Source of the DNA: Phyllobates terribilis
Lineage: Eukaryota
Reading direction: 5' to 3'
NCBI RefSeq assembly: GCF_046119375.1
Contig: NW_027362767.1
Span: 256,432,001 to 256,496,000 of the forward strand
Length of the DNA stretch: 64,000 nt
Part shown: piece after piece, positions 1 to 12,817 of the stretch
Numbering within the stretch: position 1 is the first letter of the stretch
How the letters are laid out: every line of letters starts with the position of its first letter
The notes under the pieces: model-generated
What the model saw: only the letters and a program-made list of their open reading frames with translations
Databases searched by the model: none
What the model was told of the DNA's origin: nothing
Program-made: the position numbers and the translations under genes

Positions 1-3000
1 AGGGGAACAGCGGGAGCATACTGGTTGTAAGTCTTCTCTTGTCTTTCCCTAGCCTGACAGAGACTTCGCTCCACGCTCTCTTGTACTCTCCGGTACTGCT
101 GCTGCCTCTCTGTGTCCCAGTCTGTTTCTGGTGAAGTGTCCTCAGGTGTCAGGACTCCCATTTCCAGGTCAACAGGTAACTTACCAGGTCTCGCCCTCAT
201 TAGGTAAGCCGGGGTACAGTTGGTGGAACCTACCGGGATGTGGTTGTATAGGTCCACCAGATCGGGCAACTTCTCAGGCCACAGACTGCGTTCTTCCAGG
301 GGCAATGTTTTTAGCAGATCCATTACCACCTGGTTCATTTTTTCACAAAGTCCATTAGTTTGCGGATGGTAGGGTGTCGTCCTTATCTTCCGGCAGCCAT
401 ACAGATTGCAGAATTCCTGGAAGACCTCCGCTTCAAAGGCAGGTCCCTGGTCCGTCAGCACTTGGTCCGGGTACCCGTGTGGACGGCAGAAGTGCTGCTG
501 GAAGGCTCTAGCTGCTGTTTGAGCCGTTAAGTCCTTGACGGGGACGACAACCAAGAACCGGGAGTAATGATCCACGATGGTTAACGCGTAGACGTAGCCA
601 CTTCTGCTTGGGGTCAGTTTTACATGATCCAAGGCTACCAGTTCCAACGGTTGCCGGGTGACGATGGACTGCAGGGGAGTCTTCTGGCTGGCCCGGTCCT
701 TCCTTCTCAGATTGCACGGGCCACAGTCTCTGCACCACTTCTCGATGGTTCCCCTCATGCCTACCCAGTGGAACCGCTCGCGCAGCAGGAACTCCAGCTT
801 TTTCCACCCGAAGTGTCCAGCTCTGTCGTGGTATGCCTCCATCACCATGGCTGCGTCTCTTCGTGGCACCACTACTTGCCAGAGTAGTTCATGCGTCCGG
901 GAGTTGACCATTCTGCGGCACAACTTCCCCTTGTAAAGGAATAGTCGACTCTTCTCCGCCCATAGTTGTTTGGCTTCCTCCGGAGCGTCTGGTTCAAGTC
1001 GAGCCTCCGGCCGAGTCAGCATCTCCTTCACCAGTCGGACGGCAGGGTCGCTATCTTGCGTTTCCGCCCAGTTGTAGTGGGGTAAGGGGTTCAACGTAGC
1101 AGCCTGTTTACCCCTTACCCGGTGGGAATACTGGATAGTCCCATGACGGTGGAACGCAGGGAGTTCAACTTCTTCCAGTCCCTCCGGATCTTCTCCTTCG
1201 TCCGGCAGGTTGGGCATCCTGGACAGGGCATCCGCGTTAGTATTGGAGCGTCCTGCCCGGTATTTGATTGTGAACTCGTAGTTGGACAGACGGGCCATCC
1301 ACCTCTGCTCCAGGGCACCGAGTCTTGCCGTGTCCAGGTGTATCAACGGGTTGTTATCCGTGTATACGGTGAACCGGGAAGAAGCGAGGTAATGCCTAAA
1401 GCGCTCGGTGACTGCCCATACCACGGCCAGGAACTCTAACTTAAATGAGCTGTAATTCTCGGGGTTCCTTTCGGTGGGTCGCAGTTTTCGGCTGGCATAG
1501 GAGATCACTCGTTCTCTCCCCTGCTGAATCTGGGATAGTACGGCTCCTAGCCCGATGTTACTGGCGTCGGTGTAGAGGATGAAGGGCTGGCTATAGTCTG
1601 GGTACGCCAAGATTTCATCCCCCGTGAGGGCCATCTTCAGCTGGCGAAAGGACTCTTCTTCTAGCTCTTCCCATTTGAAGGGCGGCTTCTGGTTCTTGGC
1701 CTTCCGGGACTGGCCTATCAGGAGGTCCTGCATAGGCGCTGCCTTTTTGGTGAAACCGGGAATAAACCTTCGGTAGTAGCCTACCAACCCTAGGAACTGC
1801 CGCACTTCTTTTACGCTGGAGGGGCTTGGCCATCCCTTAATTGCGGTGATCTTATCGGGGTCGGGAGCCACTCCGTCAGCGCTCACCACGTGTCCCAGGT
1901 ATTGCACCTTTGGTTTCAGGAGGTGACACTTGGAGGGTTTCACCTTTAGGCCGTAACTCGCCAGAGCTTCGAACACCTCCGCCAGGTGTTTCAGGTGGTC
2001 CTCATAAGTTTTGGAGTATACGATGACATCGTCCAGGTACAACAGGACCGTCTCGAAGTTTCTGTGGCCCAGACAGCACTCCATTAATCGTTGGAAGGTT
2101 CCTGGGGCGTTGCAGAGTCCGAACGGCATGCAGGTGAACTCACTAAGTCCCATCGGTGTGGTGAATGCGGTCTTCTCCCGGTCCGCCTCTGCTACAGGAA
2201 CCTGCCAGTACCCGCTAGTGAGATCCAAGGTAGAGAAGAAGTTAGCAGATCTTAAAGCAGCCAATGACTCCTCTATCCTTGGTAAGGGGTACGCATCCTT
2301 GTGTGTGATACGGTTGATTTTCCGGTAATCTACACACATCCTCATGGTGTTGTCTTTCTTTTTGACTAAAACTAGTGGGGCTGCCCAGGGGCTACAGCTA
2401 TCCCGGATTACCCCAGCCTCCTTCATGTCTCTAAGCATCCCCTTGGCGTGTTGGTAATGTGCAGGGGGTACGGGTCGATACCTCTCTTTTATGGGAGGAT
2501 GATCTCCCGTGGGGATGCGGTGTTCTACCCCCTTGACTCGCCCGAAGTCTAACGGGTGTTTACTAAACACTCTCTCATACTCTTGAACCACCCGATAGAC
2601 TCCTTGTTTCTGATGTGAGGGAGTGGAATCAGTACCCAAATGTAGTTGCTGACACCAGTCCTCCATGTCTTTCTTAGAGCCGTTACCTTCCTCCGGGTGA
2701 GATGGAGGCAAGGGTTCCACAGATTGTATAGAATTTTGATTAGTGGTATATAATTTGGCTAGCGTGGCATACCGGGGCAGGTACACTTCCCTCTCCCCGA
2801 TATTTATTATGCGAATGGGCACCCTCCCATGGCGTACATTGACCACCCCCCGTGCTGTCAAAATGGTGGGCCTACTGTCTGAGTAAACTGGTTCTACCAT
2901 TGCCTGGTAATCTCTTCCTCTCAGACCAATAGCTGCCCGGCACCAAATCATCATTTCACTTTTTGGGGGCATGGCAATAGGAAAAGGGTCACACATTCTT

Positions 3001-3539
3001 ACGCTACCAATCTCACCGCCGGAGAGTTCCACTTGTTGCCGTTGCATCAGTGCCCGGATCTCTTTCTGGAGCACCCGCTGCTCGCCGGAGCTGGCGTTCT
3101 TGGCAACCTGCTGTAAAAGGAAAATCACCTCTGCAAGACAATTTTCAATTACGTTAGTTCCTAGAGTTATTTTTGGGTGACTCTCATGTTTATCAATATC
3201 TACAATGATCAGTCCCTGTGCGGCCAGTTCGACTCTACCGATTTTGAGGGCCACCTCCTTAAATCCGATCTGTGGCACGGGCTGGCCATTGCTGGCGATG
3301 ATACTCAAGTCGTCGTCAGGGTAGTGGGTAATATCCGAGTCATTCCAGTACTGCTTGAAGAGCACGTACGGGATGGTGGTGACCTGTGACCCGGTATCCA
3401 GTAGGGCACTCATGGGAATGCCATCCAGTACCACAGGCAAGACTGGACGTCCTCCCACATATCTGTCGCGCCAGTTCGATGGGCCTGGTGATCTTTTTCC
3501 TGGGGGTTGGCCCTCTACCCCAGGTTGTGCCCGTTTAAA
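1..3539 (-). CDS. pol: Gypsy Pol polyprotein (protease, RT, RNase H, integrase); runs off the window start
   Basis: Hand-translated with no stop from 3539 to the window edge (absent from the ORF track, probably for lack of a stop). Motifs: LLDTGSQVT, RMCVDYRKIN, YLDD (2028-2039), ILAYPDYSQPFILYTDAS, HDRAGH...C-RD-C-GP-C, VALDHV, LTDQG-35aa-E. Confidence 0.95.
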
Positions 3540-4495
3540 GAACAGTACCTTTCCATATGTCCGGGTTGATTGCAGCGGCGGCAGATGGGTCGTCCGTCCT
3601 CGCTGTATCGGTCACTGGGTCTTCCTCTGGCCGGTGGGGTCCTCCTTGGTCGACGCCACGGGATGTCCTCCGGTCCGGATGCCAGCTGGATCTTCCCTGG
3701 GGTGGAAACCTGTAAAGACTGCACAGTTCGGGTTAGCGCAGCAACGCTCTTAGCTAGCTCTTGGACCTGATGGTGTAGGTCTGGAGCCGGGTCATTGTCC
3801 AAAGCCTGCGCATCAGCTCCCACAGGCCCTGCTGACAAGGGCGCCGCCTCCTGGTAGTAAGTGGTAGTGGGGCGTCTGTGGGTCACAACGCCACCTGGTG
3901 CCGGTTCTCGGAGCACCCGGATGGCTCTGTCCTTGAACTGTGCAAAGTCCAGATGGGGATCCTGTAAGGCCATTGCCCGCAACTGGGTTCGGTGGGCATT
4001 GCAATATAAACCCTCTATAAATTGTTCAGTCAACAGCCTGTCCTCGTTTCCCACCCCATCAGGGTCGGTCTGCTTTATGGCCCTCAGGGCCTCTTGTAGG
4101 TTTAGTGCATAGTCCCTTATACTCTCATGCGCTCGCTGCTTGCACCCGTAGAATCTAAGCTTAATCTCGGCTGAGGTGCGGGTATCAAAGGTGTCCTTCA
4201 GCCGGGTTAGTATCCCTGCGACAGTCTTCCTCCCAGGTGGCCAGGATTTTACTTCCCTTTTGGCTGCCCCGGTTAGTTGGGCCACCAGGATGCTCACTTT
4301 TTGCTCTTCTGTGAGGGGGTACACCTGGAAGAGGCTATCCAGCTTTTCTCTAAAGTCATGCAGGGTATGTGACTCCCCTGAGTACTGGGGTAGCCAAGCT
4401 GCTCCCGGGATATAGGGCATGGTGAAGGGCATAACTGCAGCAGCGGTAGCGCTGGCGGGGGTTGGGGCAGTGAAGCTCTCCTCCGTATCCGACAT
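3515..4495 (-). CDS. gag: Gypsy Gag (326 aa, capsid plus CCHC zinc knuckle)
   Basis: CRRCNQPGHMERYC knuckle; capsid-like N-terminal half; overlaps pol in the -1 frame. Confidence 0.93.
   Translation of the reverse strand: MSDTEESFTAPTPASATAAAVMPFTMPYIPGAAWLPQYSGESHTLHDFREKLDSLFQVYPLTEEQKVSILVAQLTGAAKREVKSWPPGRKTVAGILTRLKDTFDTRTSAEIKLRFYGCKQRAHESIRDYALNLQEALRAIKQTDPDGVGNEDRLLTEQFIEGLYCNAHRTQLRAMALQDPHLDFAQFKDRAIRVLREPAPGGVVTHRRPTTTYYQEAAPLSAGPVGADAQALDNDPAPDLHHQVQELAKSVAALTRTVQSLQVSTPGKIQLASGPEDIPWRRPRRTPPARGRPSDRYSEDGRPICRRCNQPGHMERYCSLNGHNLG
3533..3539 (-). other. -1 ribosomal frameshift slippery heptamer T TTA AAC
   Basis: X XXY YYZ in the gag frame just before the gag stop; the -1 frame opens into pol. 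Confidence 0.85.
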
Positions 4496-4721
4496 CTTCC
4501 TCCCCCCTAGTGGACCGTGGCCTACCTTGCGATGATCCTCTTCCGTAGGCCGCGGCTCCGCAGTGGATCGTCAGGGTTGAGGACCTTCCGTCGCGCTCCT
4601 GTGACGTCGGCGTCTGCTGGGCTCCTTCCAGGACCTTACGCAACGTCCGGACGTGAGGCGGGGCTTCAGTTCTCGCGCGCTTTCGGAGTCCACGCCCCTC
4701 TTCTTCCCGCGCGGCGTCCCC

Positions 4722-4870
4722 AAGATGGCGTCCAACGGCGGGAAAACTCCACGGATGGCGGGAAGAAGGCCGAAGATGGCGCCGGATGGCGGGAAACTTC
4801 ACCGATGGCGGGAAGAAGGTAGAAGATGGCGCCGGATGGCGGGAAACCTCCACGGATAGCGGGAATCTTC
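4722..4870. repeat. ~50-bp tandem repeat (x3) in the Gypsy leader carrying AAGATGGCG (YY1-consensus) motifs
   Basis: AAGATGGCG at 4722, 4773 and 4823, plus GATGGCG half sites. Confidence 0.8.
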
Positions 4871-4936
4871 ACCACTGGTAAGTTTGAACAATCTTTGCTT
4901 TTCAGGCACGCAGTACCCGGTGGTTGCGGGCACGAG

Positions 4937-4954
4937 ATCCTGCCGACTACGCCA
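4937..4954 (-). promoter_or_regulatory. Primer-binding site complementary to the tRNA-Ser 3' end
   Basis: Minus strand TGGCGTAGTCGGCAGGAT is the complement of vertebrate tRNA-Ser ...ATCCTGCCGACTACG-CCA; it lies 4 nt from the LTR end. Confidence 0.92.
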
Positions 4955-4958
4955 AAGT

Positions 4959-5930
4959 TGACGCGCCCCTGGGCCTGTGTCGCGCTGCGTTGCGCATGCG
5001 GGAGCCTACCCGGAGCCGGATCAGTGGAGGGTTGTAGTCTCGTGGCGGTGACCCGGTCCGTGCCCAGGGAGTCAAACTAGACGGCAGTCTATTAGTAGTA
5101 AATAGTTGATGACTACGCCACCCGTTGAGTGCAGCCAGGGAGCTGCTGCTGCAGGGCAGACCGCTGAGGCCGGTGGTAGGATTGTGCAGCGTGATAGTAT
5201 AACCCCCAACGGGAGGGGTATGGCCTCAGGGCAGCCGACGTGGATGATGGGGGTAGCAGGAACCACTCAGAGACGGTACGGTGTAGTTCAGGGTCTTTAC
5301 TGGTAACAACGATAGACCCTCCCGGAGTACTTGCTAGCAAACGGGGCCTGGTCAGTCTTTGAGCAGATGGGATCTCCCCTGGCCAGGCGTAGTTGTAGGC
5401 CTCACAATCTGACTGTACTCTTCTGGCTACCTTGCTAGAAGCTGATGTAAGTAGCCCACGTCCCTGAGTGTACCGTGTGGTGCTCACCCGTATGGCCGGT
5501 GACTCGGGGCCTTCTAATGGCTTCCGCTCCACGATGGCGGTGCTGGTCCCACGCGTGTGACCGTGCCTTCGGGCTTCTGGGCCAGAGGACCTGAAATCCC
5601 CTGCCTGACGGATTCTGCTGCTGGGTAGAAGTTAGTCCCCACAGCCTCGGACTCCGGGTCCGGTAAAGAATCTTCTTAGTCAGGGCGAGCGCTGCAGCTG
5701 CCAGCCCCTGACTCCTTGGAACTCTCCTGTTTCCTATGCTGCTTCTTGTCTCCACTCTCCTTGTCTGACTCACCCTGCCTCAGCCCCGGGTTTATACAGG
5801 GGAAGTTCTTCCCCTCCCAAGACTGGGCAGGAGGTGTGGCATGCACAGGATCCCTGACCAAAGGACCTCCCACCTGCTCTCAGACATAACATTACATTAC
5901 TGTGGAAAACCAGACCCCTGGGGTGCCACA
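4959..5930 (-). mobile_element. 5' LTR of the Gypsy element (972 bp)
   Basis: TG...GGGGCGCGTCA termini; TATAAA at 5791-5796 and AGTAAA at 5296-5301 on the minus strand. Confidence 0.9.
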
Positions 5931-7145
5931 TTAGAAAGGCAAAATGAGCAGTTGTAAGTACACAGTGCTATATAATGTGATGATTGCCATAAATGTTTTT
6001 TTTCTTTTACCTGGTGTAAATGCTGCTGCTCTCCTGAATATGGTCCTTTTTTTTATTTTATCCCTGCACTTCTCCACTTCTGAGGCATGGTCCCTTGGTA
6101 GCCAAGTGGGCGTGGTCCTAAATAAGACTCTCACATATAAGAGTTGATCGCCATGCCTACTTTGATTACAAGATTTGATTTACATACTTATAAGAAGGAG
6201 CCATAGCTCAGGAATGGAGAGGTGTGGGAAGAAAAGGAAATCAACACCGGATTCAGGAGAACAGCAGTATTTACATCAAGTAACAAAAATACATATTTTC
6301 GGCAAGTGACAGATCACCTTTAAATATTCAGGACTTAAAGGACTTGTCTCATCAAGGTGATCAGCTGATCAATATGGGTCAGATTGTTGAAACCTCTGAA
6401 GATAAGGATAAGGTGCAGCACCATTGTAGAAGAAATTTATTACATGGTGGCCATTGAAGCAAATGTTTGTCCCTATAATTCATGGCTGGGCCAAGTCTAC
6501 CAGATCGGGATGATTATAGATGTCACCCTCTAGCATATTAAAAGTGGCTCTGCACCGCTTTTGTATGCTTCAATAGGGCACATGGAAAGGGTTTGGCTGG
6601 GACAACAATTAGAAAAGAACTGTCTACGCAAACTAGACAGAATCAGTCTGGTGCAGGGGTGGAGAGGACTGTGCATGACGCAAAGGTTTCAGCCTACAGT
6701 TTGCTTGAGGCTCCACCATAGAGCTGTTTTCTCTAAAATAGTGAGGAAATTGTTTTTGTTTTTTTTTTCAAATAAAAAACTTTGTACCTTCTGATTAAAG
6801 AAAAAATCCTCTTTCCCCACTTATCAGTCACTTCTTCACTGATTCTCCCAAAACTGCTCAAATCTGTCTACAAATCCGTCCTCAGTGAGGAATCAAATTA
6901 TACATCTTGCCTATTGATGTCTATGGAGAGTGTAAAGGGAGAAACTGGAGGGAGAAGGAGGCAGACAGCCACAAAGAGAAATTGTAGATGGTTCTAATGA
7001 GTAGAGCTGGCAGGGGGGAAAACTGCTAAATAATGCCGGATACAAGACATGATGGCCAGAAATAGTGTTACTCGTCATGGGCACACATAGGACAGCTTAT
7101 TCTGACAAGTCACCGGCAGATATGCAATAAGCCGTGCTGCCCAAA

Positions 7146-8348
7146 TGTAGCGCCCCTGAGGGTTCGGTCACCACAGAGGTATTGCATCTCACCCAGAGGT
7201 GTGGTATCTCACTCTCAGGTAAGGAAGGAGTACAGCTCAGGACCCTAACACTACATTCACTACACCACATTTCCGGGGGACAGGGCGAGACTGCTCCTAC
7301 TGGAGAGCACAGTCCCTGATCCCTGGCTGGAGTGGGGAGGAACCACCTAGAGAGGGGGAACTATGTAGTGGATGGGTGGAGGACGTAGATCCTGGGAGCA
7401 CTGTAAAAGGAGGTATAAGAGGGAGGAACCATCTTAGAAAGTTCAGTTCAGTCTGAGGAGAAGTGACAGGAGCAGAGGCTCTGCATGAGCTCTGATCCAG
7501 AGGCGGGCCTAGCCAGGAGGCCTGAGCCTGGAAGGAGAGAAGAGAGGAGAGGGAGCAGGAAAGGCTCCAGGAACGGGAAGAGAAGGGACCCTAGGGGTAC
7601 GGGCCGTGCAGCAAGCCACCCGTACGCCCGCCGCTACTAGAAAGTAGGGGGGTCAGGCCAGATAAAGGGAACCGGTCCCTCAACTAGCACGGAGCTACAA
7701 GGCCCAACTAGGAAACTGGAGGCTGCATCACTTCAAGTACCGCAGGCCACAAGTCCACACCAGTACACTAAGAAGGTAGCCACATAGGACCCAGGGGACG
7801 GAACAGACGTCGCCCGCCAAGGCCCGAGCTTACCGGATAGAAGTGCCACTGGGTGTGAGGTGCAGGGAGCAGGCCAGAGAGAGGACACACAGAAGGGGGT
7901 CCTGCAAAATACTCCAGAGTTACCTGAGGGTAGACCGAGCCCCTCACTGCGTGAGCACAGGAAGCCCCTTACACTGGCCCTGTATCTGGAACTGCTATAA
8001 TCGTGAGTAAAGACCCTGGGACTGCACAATCGGACTCTGTGTTCATTACTGACTCCCTGCACTACAACCACCATCATCCACCTACACTGCCCTGAGGCTG
8101 CACTCTTCCTGTGGGGAGTTATACCACTCTCGCTGCTATACCACCGGCTTCAGAGGACTGTTCCGCAGCGGCGGTTCCTATTGACCGCATTCCACAGGTG
8201 GCGTAGTCGGACATTTACATTCATACACAAATACTACCCCTTTGGTTTGAACGCCCTGGGTCACGAACCGGGTCACCGCCACAGTGACTACAACCCTCAG
8301 CGTCTACCGGCCCGGCTCCGGGTACCCCACGGCCCAGGGGGCGCGTCA
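7146..8348 (+). mobile_element. Solo LTR of a related Gypsy family
   Basis: TGTAGCGCCCC...GGGGCGCGTCA; 4-bp TSD CAAA on both sides; AGTAAA at 8006. Confidence 0.9.
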
Positions 8349-8380
8349 CAAACCCGGCCATGTGTTCAGATTAATATGGG

Positions 8381-8469
8381 ATTTATCACCCACTCCTGGT
8401 TTTGTCTCCCACTCTTGAGAAAAAATACTGACCGAATACCGACCAAATACTGATAGTGGGGCTGTGGCC
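8381..8469. mobile_element. Partial (right half) copy of a ~200-bp palindromic MITE (GGCCACGGCCCCACTATCAG family)
   Basis: Matches the right arm of the copies at 12816 and 42239. Confidence 0.75.
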
Positions 8470-8610
8470 AAACAATACAAGCAGTGACCTGCGGGTCACA
8501 AGTCCAGATCTGCACACCCTCATTATCCAGAGTGTTTTATTAATGCGGGGGAGGGGCACTGCAATACCGGCCACAACATATGTACTAATACATTGTAACT
8601 ATTTAATATA

Positions 8611-9657
8611 TTGCATAGTAAAATAGCAATATTTGCAGATGATACTAAACTTTGTAAAGTAGTTAATACAGATGAGGATAGGGCACAGCTACAGGAGGAT
8701 TTAGATAAATTGGGGAGTTGGGCCAAAAAATGGCAAATGGGGTTCAATGCCGATAAATGTAAGGTCATGCACATGGGAAAGAAAAACAGCAGTCACCCAT
8801 ACATATTAAATGGGAAACCGTTGGGGAAATCTGACATGGAGAAGGACCTGGGCGTCTTGGTTAATAGCAAATTAAATTGGAGTGCCCAGTGTCAGGCAGC
8901 AGCTGCGAAGGCAAATAGAGTCATGGCATGCATCAGAAGAGGAATAGGGGCATATGATGAGAACATTGTTCTTCCCCTGTATAAAGCGCTGGTAAGGCCG
9001 CACTTAGAATATTGTGCACAGTTCTGGGCTCCGGTGCTCAGGCAAGACATATTGGAGCTAGAGAGGGTACAAAGGAGGGCGACTAAGGTAATAAAGGGAA
9101 TGGAGGGACTAGAATACCCAGAGAGGTTGTCAAAATTAGGCCTATTTACGTTGGAAAAGAGAAGGCTTAGGGGAGACCTCATACACATGTATAAATACAT
9201 CAGGGGGCAGTACAGAGATCTCTCCCATGACCTGTTTATACCAAGGATGGTGACAAAGACGAGGGGGCACACTATGCGTCTGGAGGAAAGGAGGTTCCTG
9301 CACCAGCATAGAAGGGGATTCTTTACGGTCAGAGCCGTGAGACTCTGGAACTCTCTGGGAGAGGAAGTGGTGATGTCCAACTCACTTAATGAGTTCAAGA
9401 GAGGCCTGGACGCCTTTCTTGAGAACAATAAAATTACATCTTATGCTTAGTTAATTAATCCAGGGATTTAATCTGACTACCAGATTGGTGTCGGGAAGTG
9501 AATTTTTCCTCAATGATGTAAATTGGCCTATACCGCATGTTTTTTTTGCCTTCCCCTGGATCAACGCTGCGGAATAGCTGCAGTGCACAAGAAATAGGCT
9601 GAACTGGATGGACGCTTGTCTTTTTTCGGCCTTATAAACTATGTAACTATGTAACTA
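8611..9657 (+). mobile_element. 5'-truncated CR1-type LINE (C-terminal ORF2, 3' UTR, CTATGTAA tail)
   Basis: FADDTKL RT motif, LELERVQRRATK, RRLRGDLI, TRGH; open 279 codons to the stop at 9450; (CTATGTAA)n tail at 9639-9657. Confidence 0.93.
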
Positions 9658-9738
9658 GTGCCGCTGATACATTCAGTACATAGAGGATTGTGTGGTCTGG
9701 ATACAACTGTAAAGAATCCTCAGATGGGAGAGAAATAT

Positions 9739-10453
9739 TGTAATGCCGGCATCCCTGCATGGTTCCTCTCCCACTCCGCAGCAGGAATGCCGACATACTC
9801 ACCGCCACAGTCGCCTAGTGGCGTCTCCTGCTCCGGCTCCTAGCTTCCTGGGTTTGCACACGTCGCGCAGGTCTCCCAGCAAAGCGCTTAGGGCCTGTGC
9901 TCTCCCCGCTACTTAAAGGGGCAGTGCGCACTTCGGAAGTGTTCCCAGCATATAGCTGGAAGACATTAGGTATTTAAGGCACCCTCACCTGTAGGGAGGT
10001 GCCTGAACAACTTCAGTACCTAGTCTTGTACCCACTAGTTTGTTGTCAGGTTCCTGTTCCCGAACCCATTCTGCTACCCTGTACCAGAGTCTGTCCTATT
10101 ATCCTGAACCTGCTCTGCCAGAACCTAATCCTGTACCTGAACCCATCCTGTCTGTACAAGTCATTCTGTCTGAACCTGTACCCGCTCCGTCTGAACCAAC
10201 ATGAGTATCCATACCGCCAGTGACCCGGTCCCTGTCCAGCCTGACACTCCGAGTCCATACTTGCATCCCTGACCCCTGGGGTCTGCTGCTGCGCTACCAG
10301 AGACTGCCCTGGAGTGGTACCTGGTGGCTACCTGCAGCTCCAGCCTGACCTCGACATCAGAGGCTCTAGTGAAGACCAGGTAGCTACTTAGTTACGCCCC
10401 TCCAGGGTAAGCCCGGCCCGTGGAGCAGTGGGTCCACACCTACCAGCGTGACG
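9739..10453 (+). mobile_element. Solo LTR (715 bp) of a different family
   Basis: TGTAATG...GCGTGACG (degenerate CA end) flanked by a 5-bp TSD AATAT. Confidence 0.75.
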
Positions 10454-11491
10454 AATATCTCATACCCCAAATTATTGCTTTCTCATGTCCTTTAATCTTT
10501 CACTGCCGCCATAATTTCTGTAGATTTTCATAAAAGGCTGCATGGGAGCAAATATTATTTAGATTAAAGCTGAATCTCTTGTGTCTTTCTGACTTCTGTA
10601 TTCACACATATTTCGGTCACTCAATATTGCAAAAATAGATATCTAAAGCATAGAAGTTTGGTTAGACAAAAAGGACATGTCAGGTTGTGGTGAGCCCTGC
10701 CCAGGTTCTAGATCAGCCGCCACTGGTGTATTTATAGGTGTAGAAAGGGCTTAACCTCAGAGCCAAGGACTTACAGTCATGGCAGACAGTGTTGGCACAC
10801 TTGAAGTTGTTCCAGAAAATGAAGTATTCCTCCCAGAAAATTATTACAATTACACATGTTTTGTTATACACATGTTTATTTCCTTTGTGTGTACTGGAAC
10901 AACACAAATAAAACTGAGAAAAAAAGGTAAATTTGATATAATTTCACACAAAACCCCAAAAATGGTCTGGACAAAATTGTTTGCACCCTCAACTTAATAT
11001 TTGGGTGCACAGCCTTTGGAATTCATCATGGCTTTTACTCCAGAAAGCTATGGAAACTCCATCACACCCTGCAGCGAAAATCTGAGACTGCCTGGTGCTG
11101 CGGATCTGAAGTCCTCAGTCTGACAATTTATACTGCGGATATCACTGTAGGTAAATGCTCGGCAGACGTTAGCTTTTCCGTAACCAGAACTTATTCTGTC
11201 ATTTGTAAGAAATAGGTTGGTTTCACACAATAAATTGCAGCCATGAGAACAATAGAGTGACATTGGTAACATCGCCCGGGCGCTATAATTCCATCAGAAT
11301 ACTCTAGGTGCGGTTACTGACCTGCAAAACCATGGCTGCTTAGCTCAGGCAATTTACACAACTTCCACTTGGGTTTCTCTTCATTTTTTTAAACCTCACT
11401 GTCTTCTCTAACACCTAAAATATAACGTCCCAAATATTACTGACTGCAAAACAGATCAACCCATCCATACAATACAGTTAGAGTTGAGCAT

Positions 11492-12817
11492 TATACACAC
11501 ACAGCTCTGCTATAGCCACACTATACATACAGCTCTGCTGTATCCCTACTGTACACATAGCTCTGCTATATCCACACTATACACATAGCTCTGCTATATC
11601 CACACTGTACACATAGCTCTGCTATATCCACACTATACACATAGCTCTGCTATATCCACACTATACACATAGCTCTGCTGTATCCCTAATGTACACATAG
11701 CTCTGCTATATCCACACTATACACATAGCTCTGCTATATCCACACTATACACATAGCTCTGCTGTATCCCTAATGTACACATAGCTCTGCTATATCCACA
11801 CTATACACATAGCTCTGCTATATCCACACTATACACATAGCTCTGCTATATCCACACTATACACATAGCTCTGCTATATCCACACTATACACATAGCTCT
11901 GCTATATCCACACTGTACACATAGCTCTGCTGTATCCTTAATGTACATATAGCTCTGCTATATCCACACTGTACACATAGCTCTACTATATCCCTACTGT
12001 ACACACAGCTCTGCTATATCCACACTATACACACAGCTCTGCTATATCCACACTGTACACATAGCTCTACTATATCCCTACTGTACACACAGCTCTGCTA
12101 TATCCCTACTGTACACACAGCTCTGATGTATCCCTACTGTACACACAGCTCTGCTATATCCCTACTGTACACATAGCTCTACTATATCCCTACTGTACAC
12201 ATAGCTCTACTATATCCCTACTGTACACACAGCTCTGATGTATCCCTACTGTACACACAGCTCTGCTATATCCCTACTGTACACATAGCTCTACTATATC
12301 CCTACTGTACACACAGCTCTGCTATATCCCTACTGTACACATAGCTCTACTATATCCCTACTGTACACATAGCTCTACTATATCCCTACTGTACACACAG
12401 CTCTGTTGTATCCCTACTGTACACACAGCTCTGATGTATCCCTACTGTACACACAGCTCTGCTATATCCCTACTGTACACATAGCTCTACTATATCCACA
12501 CTGTACACACAGCTCTGCTATATCCCTACTGTACACACAGCTCTGCTATATCCCTACTGTACACACAGCTCTACTATATCCCTACTGTACACACAGCTCT
12601 GCTATATCCCTACTGTACACACAGCTCTGCTATATCCCTACTGTACACACAGCTCTGCTATATCCCTACTGTACACACAGCTCTGCTATATCCCTACTGT
12701 ACACACAGCTCTGCTATATCCACACTGTACACACAGCTCTACTATATCCACACTGTACACACAGCTCTGCTATATCCCTACTGTACACACAGCTCTGCTA
12801 TATCCCTACTGTACACA
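11492..12817. repeat. 28-bp minisatellite (~47 copies)
   Basis: Unit CTGTACACACAGCTCTGCTATATCCCTA with a left-to-right variant gradient. Confidence 0.97.

Larger units (their letters stand above)
1..5930 (-). mobile_element. Gypsy/Ty3 LTR retrotransposon (5' LTR, PBS, gag, pol; 3' end outside window)
   Basis: LTR starting TGTGGCACCCC at 5930, tRNA-Ser PBS, gag with CCHC knuckle, pol in the order PR-RT-RH-IN. Confidence 0.97.

Noticed and set aside
1-3539. env gene or endogenous retrovirus
   Set aside because: The domain style and PBS fit Gypsy; any env would lie outside the window and cannot be assessed.
4356-4875. Upstream ORFs in the Gypsy leader
   Set aside because: They arise from the GC-rich tandem repeat and show no recognisable domain.
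4937-4954. tRNA-Ser gene
   Set aside because: Only the 18-nt 3' end including CCA is present; this is a PBS.
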